From NCBI GenBank assembly GCA_964016885.1, contig OZ024758.1:5332001-5396000 (forward strand): a stretch of DNA of 64,000 nt, written 5' to 3'. Positions 24,690-36,981 of this stretch are shown here, in pieces. Numbering within the stretch: the first letter of the stretch is position 1; each line of letters begins with the position of its first letter. Under the pieces are notes generated by a model. The model did no database searches, had not been told where the DNA came from, and saw only the letters and a list, made by a program, of their open reading frames with translations. Both the position numbers and the translations under genes were made by a program. The stretch comes from Eledone cirrhosa (Eukaryota).

Positions 24690-25190
24690 ATTTTTGATTA
24701 GGAGAGGCCAAAAGAACTGAAACTCTACTCCTTGGAACAAAGATTGGAGAGATACACAGTGATATAAATATGGAAAATCCTGGAGGAACTAGCACCAAAC
24801 TTTGGCATTGAGAGCTGGACCAACCCCTAAAAGGATGTCACTGTGTGGTGCCAAATATCCCGTCTTTCACATTTAGAATAAGGAGCAGATATTGCAATAA
24901 CCTGGGGTTCAAAGGCCCTCAACTCTTCAACAAGCTGCCAATAAATTTGAGAGATCTGCATGGTGTGGATGTGGATGTTTTCAAGAAACATCTTGACACC
25001 CTGCTATCCAGGATCCCGGATGAGCCCACAGCACGGTACAAAGGTAACCTAAGGGCAGCAGCAACGAACTCTCTCTTACACCAATGGCCAGCCAACACAG
25101 ACTGGAGATAGAACGTGTAGCAACAAGGGCGGTGCCCCAGCATGGCCTCAGCCAGATGGCTGGAACAGGTAAAAGAGTAAAAGAATAAAA
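24690..25190 (+). mobile_element. CR1-like LINE 3' end
   Basis: Translation LKLYSLEQRLERYTVI...NLGFKGPQLFNKLPINLRDL...FKKHLDTLLSRIPDEP; second copy at ~29997-30262. Confidence 0.75.
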
Positions 25191-25977
25191 GATATATATA
25201 GGCTAAAGACCCTCTAATCATGAATAAACATGATTTGCAACTACAAAGTTCCCCTTCTGAGGCACAAGTCTGGGCAAGGTTGTTTGTGGAAGACCAGCAG
25301 TCACCCATGCATACCAGTCTCAAGGGAATGGCAATAGCCAATACAGCTTGACACCAGTGACATCCCAATTCATTTCTACAGCTGAGTGAACTGGAGCAAC
25401 GTGACAAAGTGTCTTGCTCAAGAACACAATGCAAAGCTCAGTCTGAGAATTGAACTCACAACCTCACAATTGTAAGCCTGACGTTCTAACCAATATATAT
25501 ATATATACACACACACACGCATTCATATATATATTTATACATATATACACACACACACACATGTTCATATATATACATATATACACACACACATGTTCAT
25601 ATATATATATACATATATACACACACACATGTTCATATAGATACATATATATACACACACACATGTTCATATATATATATATATACATATATACACACAC
25701 ACATGTTCATATATATATATATATATATGTGAACAAAAAATATTTTTTAAATATTTTACACAGCCAATCACCTAACCACACAAATGAACCATGAAAAAAT
25801 ATCTTGAGAAAACTTCATTGTAAATCTTCAAAACTATTCACCTGGGAGATGAAAGGATCCTAAACAAAAAATGATAAAACATTCTTCAGAAATTTTCATT
25901 ATAAAACTTCGAAAACATCCACACCTGGGGTGAAAAGAACAAAAGGAAAAAAAAAAAAAAGATTTTGAAAATTCTTC

Positions 25978-26018
25978 AGAAAAAGAAAAAGAAAAAGAAA
26001 AAGAAAAAGAAAAAGAAA

Positions 26019-26050
<32 letters not shown>

Positions 26051-26053
26051 AAA
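25978..26053. repeat. (GAAAAA)n repeat
   Basis: Direct. Confidence 0.95.
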
Positions 26054-26442
26054 ATCACAAGTGTCAATTTTGTTTCATGTAAAAAAAAGTCTTTTAAATA
26101 TCTTTAAAGAATTATTTATCGAATATAATTTAAATATAACTAAAACTCAAAAGAAATGATTTTAAAAAATATGTTATCATGAACGAGATAATTAACTCAA
26201 TCATGACAATATTTGGTTCTGAGAAATATTTCAACCATTATTCTGTTTTTGTTTTTGATCTGTTATTCATCTTGTTGTGTGTTGTTAGTGAGTTATTGTT
26301 AAAGAAGTGAAATAAAATATGAAAATATCACAAAATATCATTGTAAATACTACTTAAATAATGTATGCCCTTATTTGGACAAACTACACCCCTGTTGATA
26401 CAGCCAGTAAACCACCAAAATATCATTGTAAATACTATTTAA

Positions 26443-26733
26443 CCCTTTAGCATTTAAACCGGCCATATCCGGCCAGAATTCTCTCACCTCTTTCAGTTCA
26501 AATCGGCCGTAACTGGACACTCATACTGATGTTAAGGTATTGTTCCCAAAATAAATAATATCAAAATCTCATAGATTCATTATGTGAGATATTTATGTAA
26601 GGTAAAGCGTTTACCATGAAAATACAATAGTAAATATAGAGTCATGTGAATGTTATGTGAGATATTTATGTAAGGTAAAGCCTTTACCATGAAAATACAA
26701 TAGTAAATATAGAGTAATGTGAATGCTAAAGGG
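26443..26733. mobile_element. piggyBac-type MITE with TTAA TSD (representative copy)
   Basis: TTAA|CCCTTTAGCATT...AATGCTAAAGGG|TTAA. Other copies at ~38734-38881, 43515-43718, 43907-44113, 45337-45508, 45559-45698, 45935-46289, 48260-48434, 48838-49023, 57171-57380, 61720-61925. Confidence 0.85.
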
Positions 26734-26953
26734 TTAAATAATGTATGCCTTATTTGGACTAACTACGCCCCTGATGATTCAGCCAGTAAACCGCCAAGTC
26801 CTTCAGCAAACAGTCTGGAACTAGTTGTTGAAACAGCAGGAGGTCAGCCGTCGGGCCTCCAGACTCTTTATAATATAACTATACTCTACAACCCCAAGTA
26901 TTGAGTACTCTGTTGAGTAATGGTCTAACCAGTTTCAAACTGATTCCATCCTG

Positions 26954-26997
<44 letters not shown>

Positions 26998-27289
26998 TCA
27001 TCATCATCACTGATTAATGTCCATTTTTCATGCTTCCATGGGTCAGACAGCTCGTCCAACTCGTTCACATCAAGAGACAACTCTGACCAGGATTGGCCAT
27101 GCCGTACTTTGCTCTGATGGGGCTATGTATATATATATATATAAATATGTATATACACGCATGTATGTATGCGTGTGTGTGTTGGTGGCAGTTGTGGTGA
27201 GGATGTGGTGTATATATATATATATATATATGTGTGTTATGTATATCCATAGAAAAGGAAAGAAGAGTGCTCTAAGTATAGTACAGAGC

Positions 27290-27368
27290 TATTTAATTTC
27301 ATCTGATGAGCAAACTGGATGTTTCTGTTAAGATTGTCTAGTTTCATGAAACCTTAGGTAATTGAATA
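27290..27368 (+). ncRNA. Type I hammerhead ribozyme motif
   Basis: CTGATGA (27303); long stem II aaactggat/gtctagttt; GAAA; stem III ACCT-t-AGGT; GUA cleavage triplet; AT-rich stem I. Confidence 0.55.
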
Positions 27369-27414
27369 ATTATATTGTTTATTATATAATTAAATATATA
27401 AATTTCTGTATTTA

Positions 27415-27745
27415 TACATATATATGCATATGTACATATACACACACATATGTATATATACACACACATATGTATATATACACACACACACATGTATATA
27501 TACACACACATATATACATATATATATGTACATATATATACACACACATATATATACATATATATGTACATATATACACACACACATACATATATATACA
27601 TATATATGTACATATATACACACACACATACATATATATACATATATATGTACATATATACACACACACATACATATATATACATATATATGTACATATA
27701 TACACACACACACACACATATATATACATATATATGTACATATAT

Positions 27746-27778
<33 letters not shown>

Positions 27779-27796
27779 AATGTGTGTGTGTGTGTG
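27415..27796. repeat. Compound (TA)/(CA) minisatellite, ~36-bp period
   Basis: Direct. Confidence 0.9.
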
Positions 27797-28109
27797 GTAA
27801 AAGTGAATATTTATTCAAATGTAAGTAATTATTTTTAAACAAGTGTATCTTTTATCCAGCCACTCTTTTCCCTTTCTTGCACTCTAAAGATGGAAATGGA
27901 GACATTTACTTTCAAAACACATATGACAAAAGTTCTCATGTCAGTACAAATGTCAAATGCAAATTCTTTCTTTTTCTTATGCATCTCCCTAATTCTTAAG
28001 TCTGTTTGGAAGATTTGTCTTTAGTCTTCAGTTAATATCATAGGAACACGAAAAATGTCAAATCCAGTGGAACCTTGGTTCACGAACAATTTTTCAGAGC
28101 TTCTCGGTT

Positions 28110-28740
28110 CACCAATGGTGTCTTGAGTAACAAACATGCAAGCCGGCAACAACGGTTGGTAACAAGCTGGGAGTATCAGCAGGAAAGAGTCACTTGCTGT
28201 GTAGTTAGTTACTGTGGTGATATCTATGTCTTTCACACACACACTCTCTCTCTCTCTCTATCACTGACTGTAGTTCTCTCTCACACCAACAGTGTCTCGA
28301 GTAACAAACACACAAGCTGGCAACAACGGTTGGCAACAAACTGGGAGTATCAGTGGGAATGTGTCACTTGCTGTGTAGTTAGTTACTATGGTGATATCTG
28401 TCTGTATTTCACACACAGTCTCTCTCTCTCAACAATTGTAGTTAGTTATTATGATGATATCTATCTGTCTTTCACACACAGTCTCTCTCTCTCTCTTTCA
28501 CTGTAGCTCTCTCTCAACAATTGTAGTTAGTTATTATGATGATATCTATCTGTCTTTCACACACAGTCTCTCTCTCTCACTGTAGCTCTCTCTCTCAACA
28601 ATTGTAGTTAGTTACTATGGTGATATCTATCTGTCTTTCACACACAGTCTCTCTCTCTCTCTCTCACTGTAGCTCTCTCTCTCAACAATTGTAGTTAGTT
28701 ACTATGGTGATATCATTCTGTCTTTCACACAGTCTCCCTC
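28110..28740. repeat. Tandem repeats (~60-65 bp unit ttgtagttagttactatggtgatatctatctgtctttcacacacagtctctc) plus a ~130-bp duplication
   Basis: Direct. Confidence 0.8.
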
Positions 28741-29043
28741 TATCTGAAATGAAGTGTCTTGCTCAAGAATACAACTTGCTCCAGGAATTGATCTCACAAC
28801 CTTATGACCATGAGTCCAACCATCTAACCACAAAGCTATGTGTCTTCACATTGCTGGAATTGGAAGAGTCCATTAAAACATTGAATACACATTAGTCTTC
28901 AGTTCTGCACAGCTAGTTGTCTCTGTGACAGGAATGTGTCACTCCCACCTGCTAACAATACAAAGCAAAACTAATCTCTAGAATTGCCATTAGTCTTATT
29001 CTTTAAGCAAATGTCATTAAGTATTGAGTGCATAAGAGTACAG

Positions 29044-29109
<66 letters not shown>

Positions 29110-30260
29110 CAATTAAATTTGTTAATAAAAGCCTAACAGCTGCAGTATTTGAATACATTAGCCTTCAGCTCAGCATATGTTAAAGATAACAGAATTAAAT
29201 GGATTATATCAAATGTAATGAAAAGATACACTAATAATTGTTTCTACTTTAGGCACAAGGCCAGCAATTACCCAGTGCATTACTGGTACTATATTTTATC
29301 GACCCCGTAAGGATGAAAGGCAAAGTCAACCTCGGCGGGATTTGAACTCAGATCGTAAAGAGATGTAACTATGCTGGAAAGCATGGCGTCCGACCCTCTA
29401 CCGATACTGCCAATCACTAATAATATTGATGAAAATTGTTCTCAAAAGTGACAAGGGAGACAACTTCAGAAATTTCACTTTAACTAAAATTTAAATAGAA
29501 ATATGTAAAGGGTTAAGCAGTGAATCTGATCTTTGATAGTTGAGGCTCCAACTCCGAATATATTTCACTCTTATTACACCGACTCAGTGAAACAATCAAT
29601 ACAAAGCTACCAAAACTCTGTTTTGAATGTACGAATCAGACTCACAGAATGTAGTCTCAGGCCTCCAGTAACCCCCCTCCCCTACACACACACACATTAA
29701 TCAGGTTTTACCACCACCACCACCAACAAGAACAACAACAACCCATCCCACATGTACTTATTGAATTTTGCTAATCTATCTACTGAGAAATTTTATTTTA
29801 AGTAGTAGCATTCCTGCAACAATTAATTTTCTTTATACATTAAAAAAAAACATGTGGGAAAAAAAGAAAATTATAAGAAATCCCATATGTTATAAAATAA
29901 ATAGGATGGGATGGGGGTCTGAATATGTAAACTAAACGACTAATTCTGTTGTTTTTTTTAAACCAAAGGGGACAACCTAGAAAAATTATATGTATAAGGC
30001 CCTCAACTCTTCAACAAGCTACCAAGAAATTTGAGAGATCTGCATGGTGTGGATGTGGATGTTTTGAAGAAACATCTTCACACTGCTATCCAGGATCCTG
30101 GATGAGCCCACAGCACGGTACGAAGGTAACCTAAGAGCAGCAGCAACGAACTCCCTCTTACAACAATAGCCAGCTTACAACAGGCTGGATACAGAACATG
30201 TAGCTACAAGGGCAGTGCCCCAGCATGGCCTCAACCAGATGGCAGGAACAGGTAAAAGAG

Positions 30261-30308
<48 letters not shown>

Positions 30309-31069
30309 GTTAAATGTTGGTGAGTTTGGAACATGAATTCCCAGCCACTTGTGTAAGGTCTCCAGTTCATAGTTACCCACCCTGCTCTCATAGATACCCC
30401 ACCTCCACCTTTTGCAGCATTTATTTACAAACAATTACATTTTGAGTTCAAATCCCGAGGTCAACTTTGCATTTCATCCTTACAGGCTCAATAAAATAAA
30501 GTACCAGTAGTGTACTAGGGTTGATTTAATCGACTTTCCCCTCAACCAAAATTGTTGACATTGTACCTAAACCAGAAATCACTATTTTAATTGATAGTAA
30601 CCTAAACTTTCTGTTCAAACTGGCTGTACCTGACTGCTCATACTTATGTTACGGTATTGTTCTCAAAATAAATAATATCAAAATGTCATAGATTCGATAT
30701 TATGTGAGATATTTTGTAAGGTAAAGTCTTTACTATGAAAATACAATAGTAAATATAGAGCAATGTAAAAACGGGTTAAGTTACAATAATAAAGGTAACG
30801 TGAAATAAGGTGTTGAAGCCATCTTGTGAAATATTTCATTCCTGACTTTATTTTAATGAAGATCTTCCAAAATATTTTGAAGATTGCCAGGTGGTACTAT
30901 TAAGTTAGACATGTCTTGGGACAATATTGGTCGAAAGTTATCAAAGTTCAAGTTATTTCAACAATGGAAATATTAACAAAATCAGAAATATTCTATTGAA
31001 CTTCAACTAGGACTGATAAAGAAAGAGAAGAAGAAGGAAATACAGGTTTGTTTTGGTGATTGTATGTGT

Positions 31070-31595
31070 CCGAGTGTACTATAGAATGTGTGTGTGTGTG
31101 TATGTGTGTGTGTCAGTTTACTATAGACTGTGTGTGTGTCTCAGTGTACTATAGAACGTGTGTTTGTATGTGTCTCAGTGTACTATAAAATGTGTGCGAG
31201 TGTCTCTCAGTGTACTATAGAATGTGTGTGTCTGTGTGTACTATAAAATGTGTTTGTGCCTGGGTGTACTATAGTATGTGTGATTGTATGTGTCAGTGTA
31301 CTATGGAATGTGTGTGTGTGTGTGTATTATAGTGTGTGTGTGTGTACCATAGTATGTGTATAACATTATGTGTGTGTATGTGTATGTACCATTATATGTG
31401 TATACTATAGTATCTATGTGTGTACCATATGTATGTGTGTGTGTACCATGTGTGTTTGTGTGTGTACTATAGTGTGTGTGTGTAACATATGTGTGTATGT
31501 GTCCCCCAGAGTATGTATGTGTACCACAGCATGCGTATGTACAACAGTGTATGTAAGATAGTATGCCTGTGTGTAGATTATAGTATGTGTGTGTA
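31070..31595. repeat. Degenerate (TG)n / gtgtactatag minisatellite
   Basis: Direct. Confidence 0.8.
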
Positions 31596-32007
31596 GTCAC
31601 CAGCATCCCCAAATTACTCAAGAACAGGTTTCAAACTTAGGTCAGCAGAAAAAAAAGCAACATTTTGTTGCCCAGTAAGGTCCATGTGTCCTGTATTAAT
31701 GGGATAGACAAAAGACAAACATGAAAACCTGCTGTGTTAGGGGGTAACGGGTGCCGTATTTCAACTCAGCACCTCAAAATTAGCTAAAAACAACAACAAA
31801 CTCAGCAAAAAATGTGTTGACCAGTGTGATCTACTAAATTAATTGATATCTACTTCTATTTAATCTTATTTGTTCAATTAAAGAGTTAGTTGATTTAGAA
31901 TCAGCCGACTTTTATATAACAAGATGAAGCCCTCAGCAATATATGTTTCTGTGGAGTTTTGTTATAATAACAATAAACAAAAGAGTTACTTTAGTTCATC
32001 CCTATTT

Positions 32008-32082
32008 ATTTTATTATACGTATTTCGAAGATATATGGCTTATGTATAACCTAAGTCAAAACATGTTCTCTTCAGATAAAAT
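32008..32082 (-). ncRNA. Type I hammerhead ribozyme motif (intact core)
   Basis: Minus strand: attttat-CTGAAGA-gaacat...atcttc-GAA-ATACGTAT-A-ataaaat; 7-bp Watson-Crick stem I and perfect palindromic stem III. Confidence 0.65.
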
Positions 32083-32379
32083 CCACATATTTGTTATATG
32101 ATAATTGTTTCTACTTTTGGCACAAGACCAGCAATTACCCAGTGCATTACTGGTACTTTATTTTATCGACCTCGTAAGGATGAAAGGCAAATTTAACCTC
32201 GGTGGGATTTGAACTCAGAATGGCAAGGGCCGTAACTCTATGCGTCAAAACATGGCGTCCGACCCTCTATCAATACTGTCAATCCACAATATAAGTGATA
32301 GAAATGGACTAAAGGGAAATAAATCTGTACTTAACTTATTGTCACCATAAGTTCATACAAGTATGTGTAGTGCAGTAAA

Positions 32380-32413
<34 letters not shown>

Positions 32414-32721
32414 AAGAGAAAGAAAGAGAAGACAGTATATTGAACATATACTAAATATATATTACAGAGAAGAATACGTATTCAAGATGGAATTATACAC
32501 ACACACACCAGGTCCGAACACAATAGAACCAAACTCCCACTGTCACTGCCTCTCCCTAACTCTCACTATTATGAGCAAATGGGGGCCCATGCACTGGTCT
32601 CCTGCGGTCCACGCGGACAGAATGGAGAAGGCATTTCCCCAGAGGATGGTGGGGGAGACGTACTGGGAGAGCCATTCAAGCTCGCGAGGCTCACACCTGC
32701 GGGTAGCCAACTCTGGCCTAA

Positions 32722-33800
32722 TCGTGGTGAGTAGGGCGATGGCCCTTGGGCCAAGGACACCTGAGGTCTCCACTGCTACAGGGTGCCAATGGTGGTGAGA
32801 AGGGAGGTGGCCCTAGGGCCAAGGACACCTGAAGTCTCCACTGCTACAGGGTGCCAGTGGTGGTAAGAAGGGAGGTGGCCCTAGGGCCAAGGACACCAGA
32901 AGTCTCCACTGCTACAGGGTGCCAATGGTGGTGAGTAGGGAGGTGGCCCTAGGGCCAAGGACACCTGAAGTCTCCATTGCTACAGGGTACCAATGGTGGT
33001 GAGTAGGGCGATGGCCCTAGGGCCAAGGACACCTGAAGTCTCCATTGCTACAGGGTACCAATGGTGGTGAGTAGGGCGATGGCCCTAGGGCCAAGGACAC
33101 CTGAAGTCTCCATTGCTACAGGGTACCAATGGTGGTGAGTAGGGCGATGGCCCTAGGGCCAAGGACACCTGAAGTCTCCATTGCTACAGGGTACCAATGG
33201 TGGTGAGTAGGGCGATGGCCCTAGGGCCAAGGACACCTGAAGTCTCCACTGCTACAGGGTGCCAATGGTGGTGAGAAGGGAGGTGGTCCTAGGGCCAAGG
33301 ACACCTGAAGTCTCCATTGCTACAGGGTGCCAGTGGTGGTAAGAAGGGAGGTGGCTCTAGGGCCAAGGACACCTGAAGTCTCCACTGCTACAGGGTGCCA
33401 GTGGTGGTAAGAAGGGAGGTGGCTCTAGGGCCAAGGACACCTGAAGTCTCCACTGCTACAGGGTACCAATGGTGGTGAGTAGGGAGGTGGCTCTAGGGCC
33501 AAGGACACCTGAAGTCTCCACTGCTACAGGGTACCAATGGTGGTAAGAAGGGAGGTGGCTCTAGGGCCAAGGACACCTGAAGTCTCCACTGCTACAGGGT
33601 ACCAATGGTGGTGAGAAGGGAGGTGGTCCTAGGGCCAAGGACACCTGAAGTCTCCACTGCTACAGGGTGCCAATGGTGGTAAGAAGGGAGGTGGCTCTAG
33701 GGCCAAGGACACCTGAAGTCTCCACTGCTACAGGGTACCAATGGTGGTGAGAAGGGAGGTGGCCCTAGGGCCAAGGACACCTGAAGTCTCCACTGCTACG
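32722..33800. repeat. GC-rich 68-bp minisatellite, ~16 copies, expanded within a dispersed repeat
   Basis: Unit ggtggtgagaagggaggtggccctagggccaaggacacctgaagtctccactgctacagggtgccaat. Its left flank (32505-32715) is the reverse complement of repeats at ~35205-35425 and ~49130-49300. Confidence 0.95.
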
Positions 33801-34224
33801 GGCTCTATCGCAAACCTGTCGGAAAGCGACCGATATTCAGAGAGTTTGCCCTCCTCGGCCCCGAAGTGCAGCAGAACCTGGGTTGATCACAAACTACACC
33901 AGGTTGCCGCTGGAGAATGTGTCGCTACATGTGCCATCTCAGATAAGTTTGTTTACTACCGCGGAACGGGAAGATGAAAATAAACAACCATTCAAATTTT
34001 ATAAACTAAAAGTTTAGCCGTTTCTATTCGGTGGCTAATTAAATTCAAGGGAGACAACTGGTAAATTAAGTCATTTCATTATTCCTGTTTTTTGTCCTCG
34101 GCTCAAATATTCCCGCCTATTTGTACAACACAGGTAACTTTCATAAATCCCCTTTGTTTATATACTGTAATAAACAAATAAAACTTATTTTTAAACTGTT
34201 GAAATCTCCCTAAAAATATCAATC

Positions 34225-36947
34225 ATGTCGGACGAAGCAGAGAAACACTCGGATACAGAGAAAGAAGCAGAAACAGAGGAAAATGGACCGAAAATTATAA
34301 CAGTTTTTGGTGCGACTGGGATGCAAGGTGGGTCTGTTGTTAGGGCCCTGTGTCAAGAAGGATCTGAATTTAAAGTAAGAGCAGTCTCAAGACATCCTGA
34401 TGGAGAAAGAGCCCAAGAATTAAAAGAATTGGGTAAGTTAATGTTTCCTTTCGCCGGTGTTCGAGCAAATGTGTTGTTATATCAAACAAAACTATTTGGT
34501 TTTAATTTCGTATTTTAAATTAAATTAAATTAAATAAAAAGAGCCAAACTTTAATCCATTATAAATTTAAATCTATATTCTAGATAATAACTGGAAAATA
34601 AGTAGTGATGGTGTAAATAAGATTTACAATAAATCATACGTAAACCTTTCTTTGTTAGAGGTTTTCTTATTAACGAAAGAACTCAAAACAATGTTTTTTT
34701 TACTTATAATTAATAAAATAAATTTTTTGTAAATCACTTATTAATCAAATACAATTTGATTAATTAATTTTTTTAATAGTTTGACAAAGTTTTATAGAAA
34801 TCTACCTCAAATTATCCGGTGTGGTTTGGTCGCACTTGCTGGTGAATTAATGGTTAATTGTTCACAGTTCTTACAGAATGAAAATATAAACACATAATAA
34901 ATACAATTAATTATTGCTGGAAACTTCACTAATATCACGCACCTGTTTTGTTTTTTCTTTCTTTTTCCTCGCTTTCATCATATTTTTCTGCATTATATTT
35001 GTGGGGTTTACGTTCGGAGTTCAAATCTGGCCGAAGTTAGCTTTACCTTTAATCATTTCTTACGGAGTCGATAAAATTAAGCACCAGTCGATTTAATCGA
35101 CTTTCCCCTCCCCTAAAATTGTTAGTATTGTGAGGTTCTTAGCAATAACTAATTGTATTTATTATACGTGTTCATGTTTTCATTCTGTAAGGACTACAGG
35201 CGCTGAGCTGGCTAACCGCAGGTGTGAGCCTCGCGGGATGGGATGGCTATTCCAGCGCTTCTCCCTTAACATCCTCCGGGAAAACGCCTTCTCCGGGGCC
35301 GTGGGGCGGCCAGGACATGGGACCCCATTTGCTCATAATAGAGAGAGGTGGAGGCGATGACAGTGAGAGTTTGGCTCTTGCGTGTTCGGACCTGGTGTGC
35401 AGCGTCAGTTGTCCGTAAGGAGGCAGTGATTCAAGAAGAATTTATAAAAGCATTAAATTGTCGTCCATATATTTGCTAGAAGCATCCATTAGAATTAGAA
35501 AATTTGTAATGTTATTTATACAATTGTGAACTTCGGAAAATAAAATATAAATTGCTTCACAACTACAAACGGTGTATTAATGCGAACTAACTTCTCGGTC
35601 GAAGTGTATATTGAGTTCCAACGTGTGGCTGAAGACCCAACATTTTAGGGGTGGAAACAGTCGACTGAATATGCTTTGGTACTTTTAACGGCATCAGAAA
35701 TTATTTTAACGACCTCGGAAAGATAAAAAGTCAAGTCAAACTTGGCGCTTTAAAGGTTTCTCCCACACACTGGTGTATTTAGGTTTATTACGAAAGGGAA
35801 AATGCGAAAATGTTTTAAATTCAATTTCTATATTCCATAAAATTCAATATTTCTCTTTTTTAAATGTTATTTTTATTATTGTGTTTGGCAACTAAACTGC
35901 TCTACGACACCCATGTAGTGGATAAATGTATTTACACCCATCCATCAAATTTACTAAGAAGCAGGGTGTACCCACCACAGACATGGCAGTGGGTAACATG
36001 TTCACTTTACAAACACATTCAGGTTTTAATACCTTCAATGGTACCTTGGGCAAGTACTTTCTACTATTGCCTCAAGCCATTAAATGGAATGCCTTGTGGA
36101 TAAGTTCCAGTAAACAGAGACAGTATGGAAGCACAAAGCCTTTGAGTCGTGTCAAAGATATGATGGCTTCCCTAGTGTTGCTAATCTACACAATAAACAC
36201 CCAGTACACTCTGTAAAGTGGTTGGTGATAGGAAGAGCATCTTGCCAGACAAAGGATTGGGAGGTCCCTTCAGTTGTGTCAAAGATATGACAACTTCTCA
36301 TGTGCACTTGGTAAAACATGGGACTGTATGTAAACCAGATACAGATCTCTGGCCTCTCTGGGGGGTTAGTAACCCTTCTTGACTACTGACGTGGTCTATG
36401 TACTCTTGGGTCCCAAATAATGGGTGGGGGTAAGCAGGTTTGTTCTCACTGCGCAGGACACATGTCTTCTGCTATAGCCCCAGGTTGACCTCAGCCATGT
36501 AAGTGAAATTTGGTAGATGGGAACTCAGCGAAAGCCAGTCATGTATATTTGTCTATGTCTACACTTTCAAAACACCATTAACCCTTTAGCATTTACATTA
36601 CTCTATATTTACTATTATATTGTATATATTATATATATAAAATATATATTGTGTAACAGGTTGTGAAGTAGTTGAAGGAGATTACGAAGAATGTGACACA
36701 ATTCGAGAGTGTTTAAAGGGAGCCTGGGGTTGTTTTGCTGTCACAGATTACTTTGAAACAATGGATAAATCTTCAGAGGTCCAACAGGTAAGTAATGCCA
36801 ACATTTCCTCTATCTAAATACTCTCACCAACATTTCCTCTATCTAAATACTCTCAGGTCTTCAATAATCGCCCCACCACCCAACTTATTATTTGCTAATC
36901 TATTCCCGTCTAATCCATGCTAGCGTGGAAGAACGGACGTAAAACGG

Positions 36948-36981
<34 letters not shown>

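Noticed and set aside
27344-27842. Stacked YI/HT/VC ORFs (also at ~570-1550, 6829-7264, 18119-18377, 25450-25794)
   Set aside because: Artefacts of TA/CA microsatellites.
34128-34140. Donor-like CAG|GTAACT upstream of the NmrA-like ATG
   Set aside because: No AG acceptor between it and the ATG, so it cannot define a 5' UTR intron for this start.
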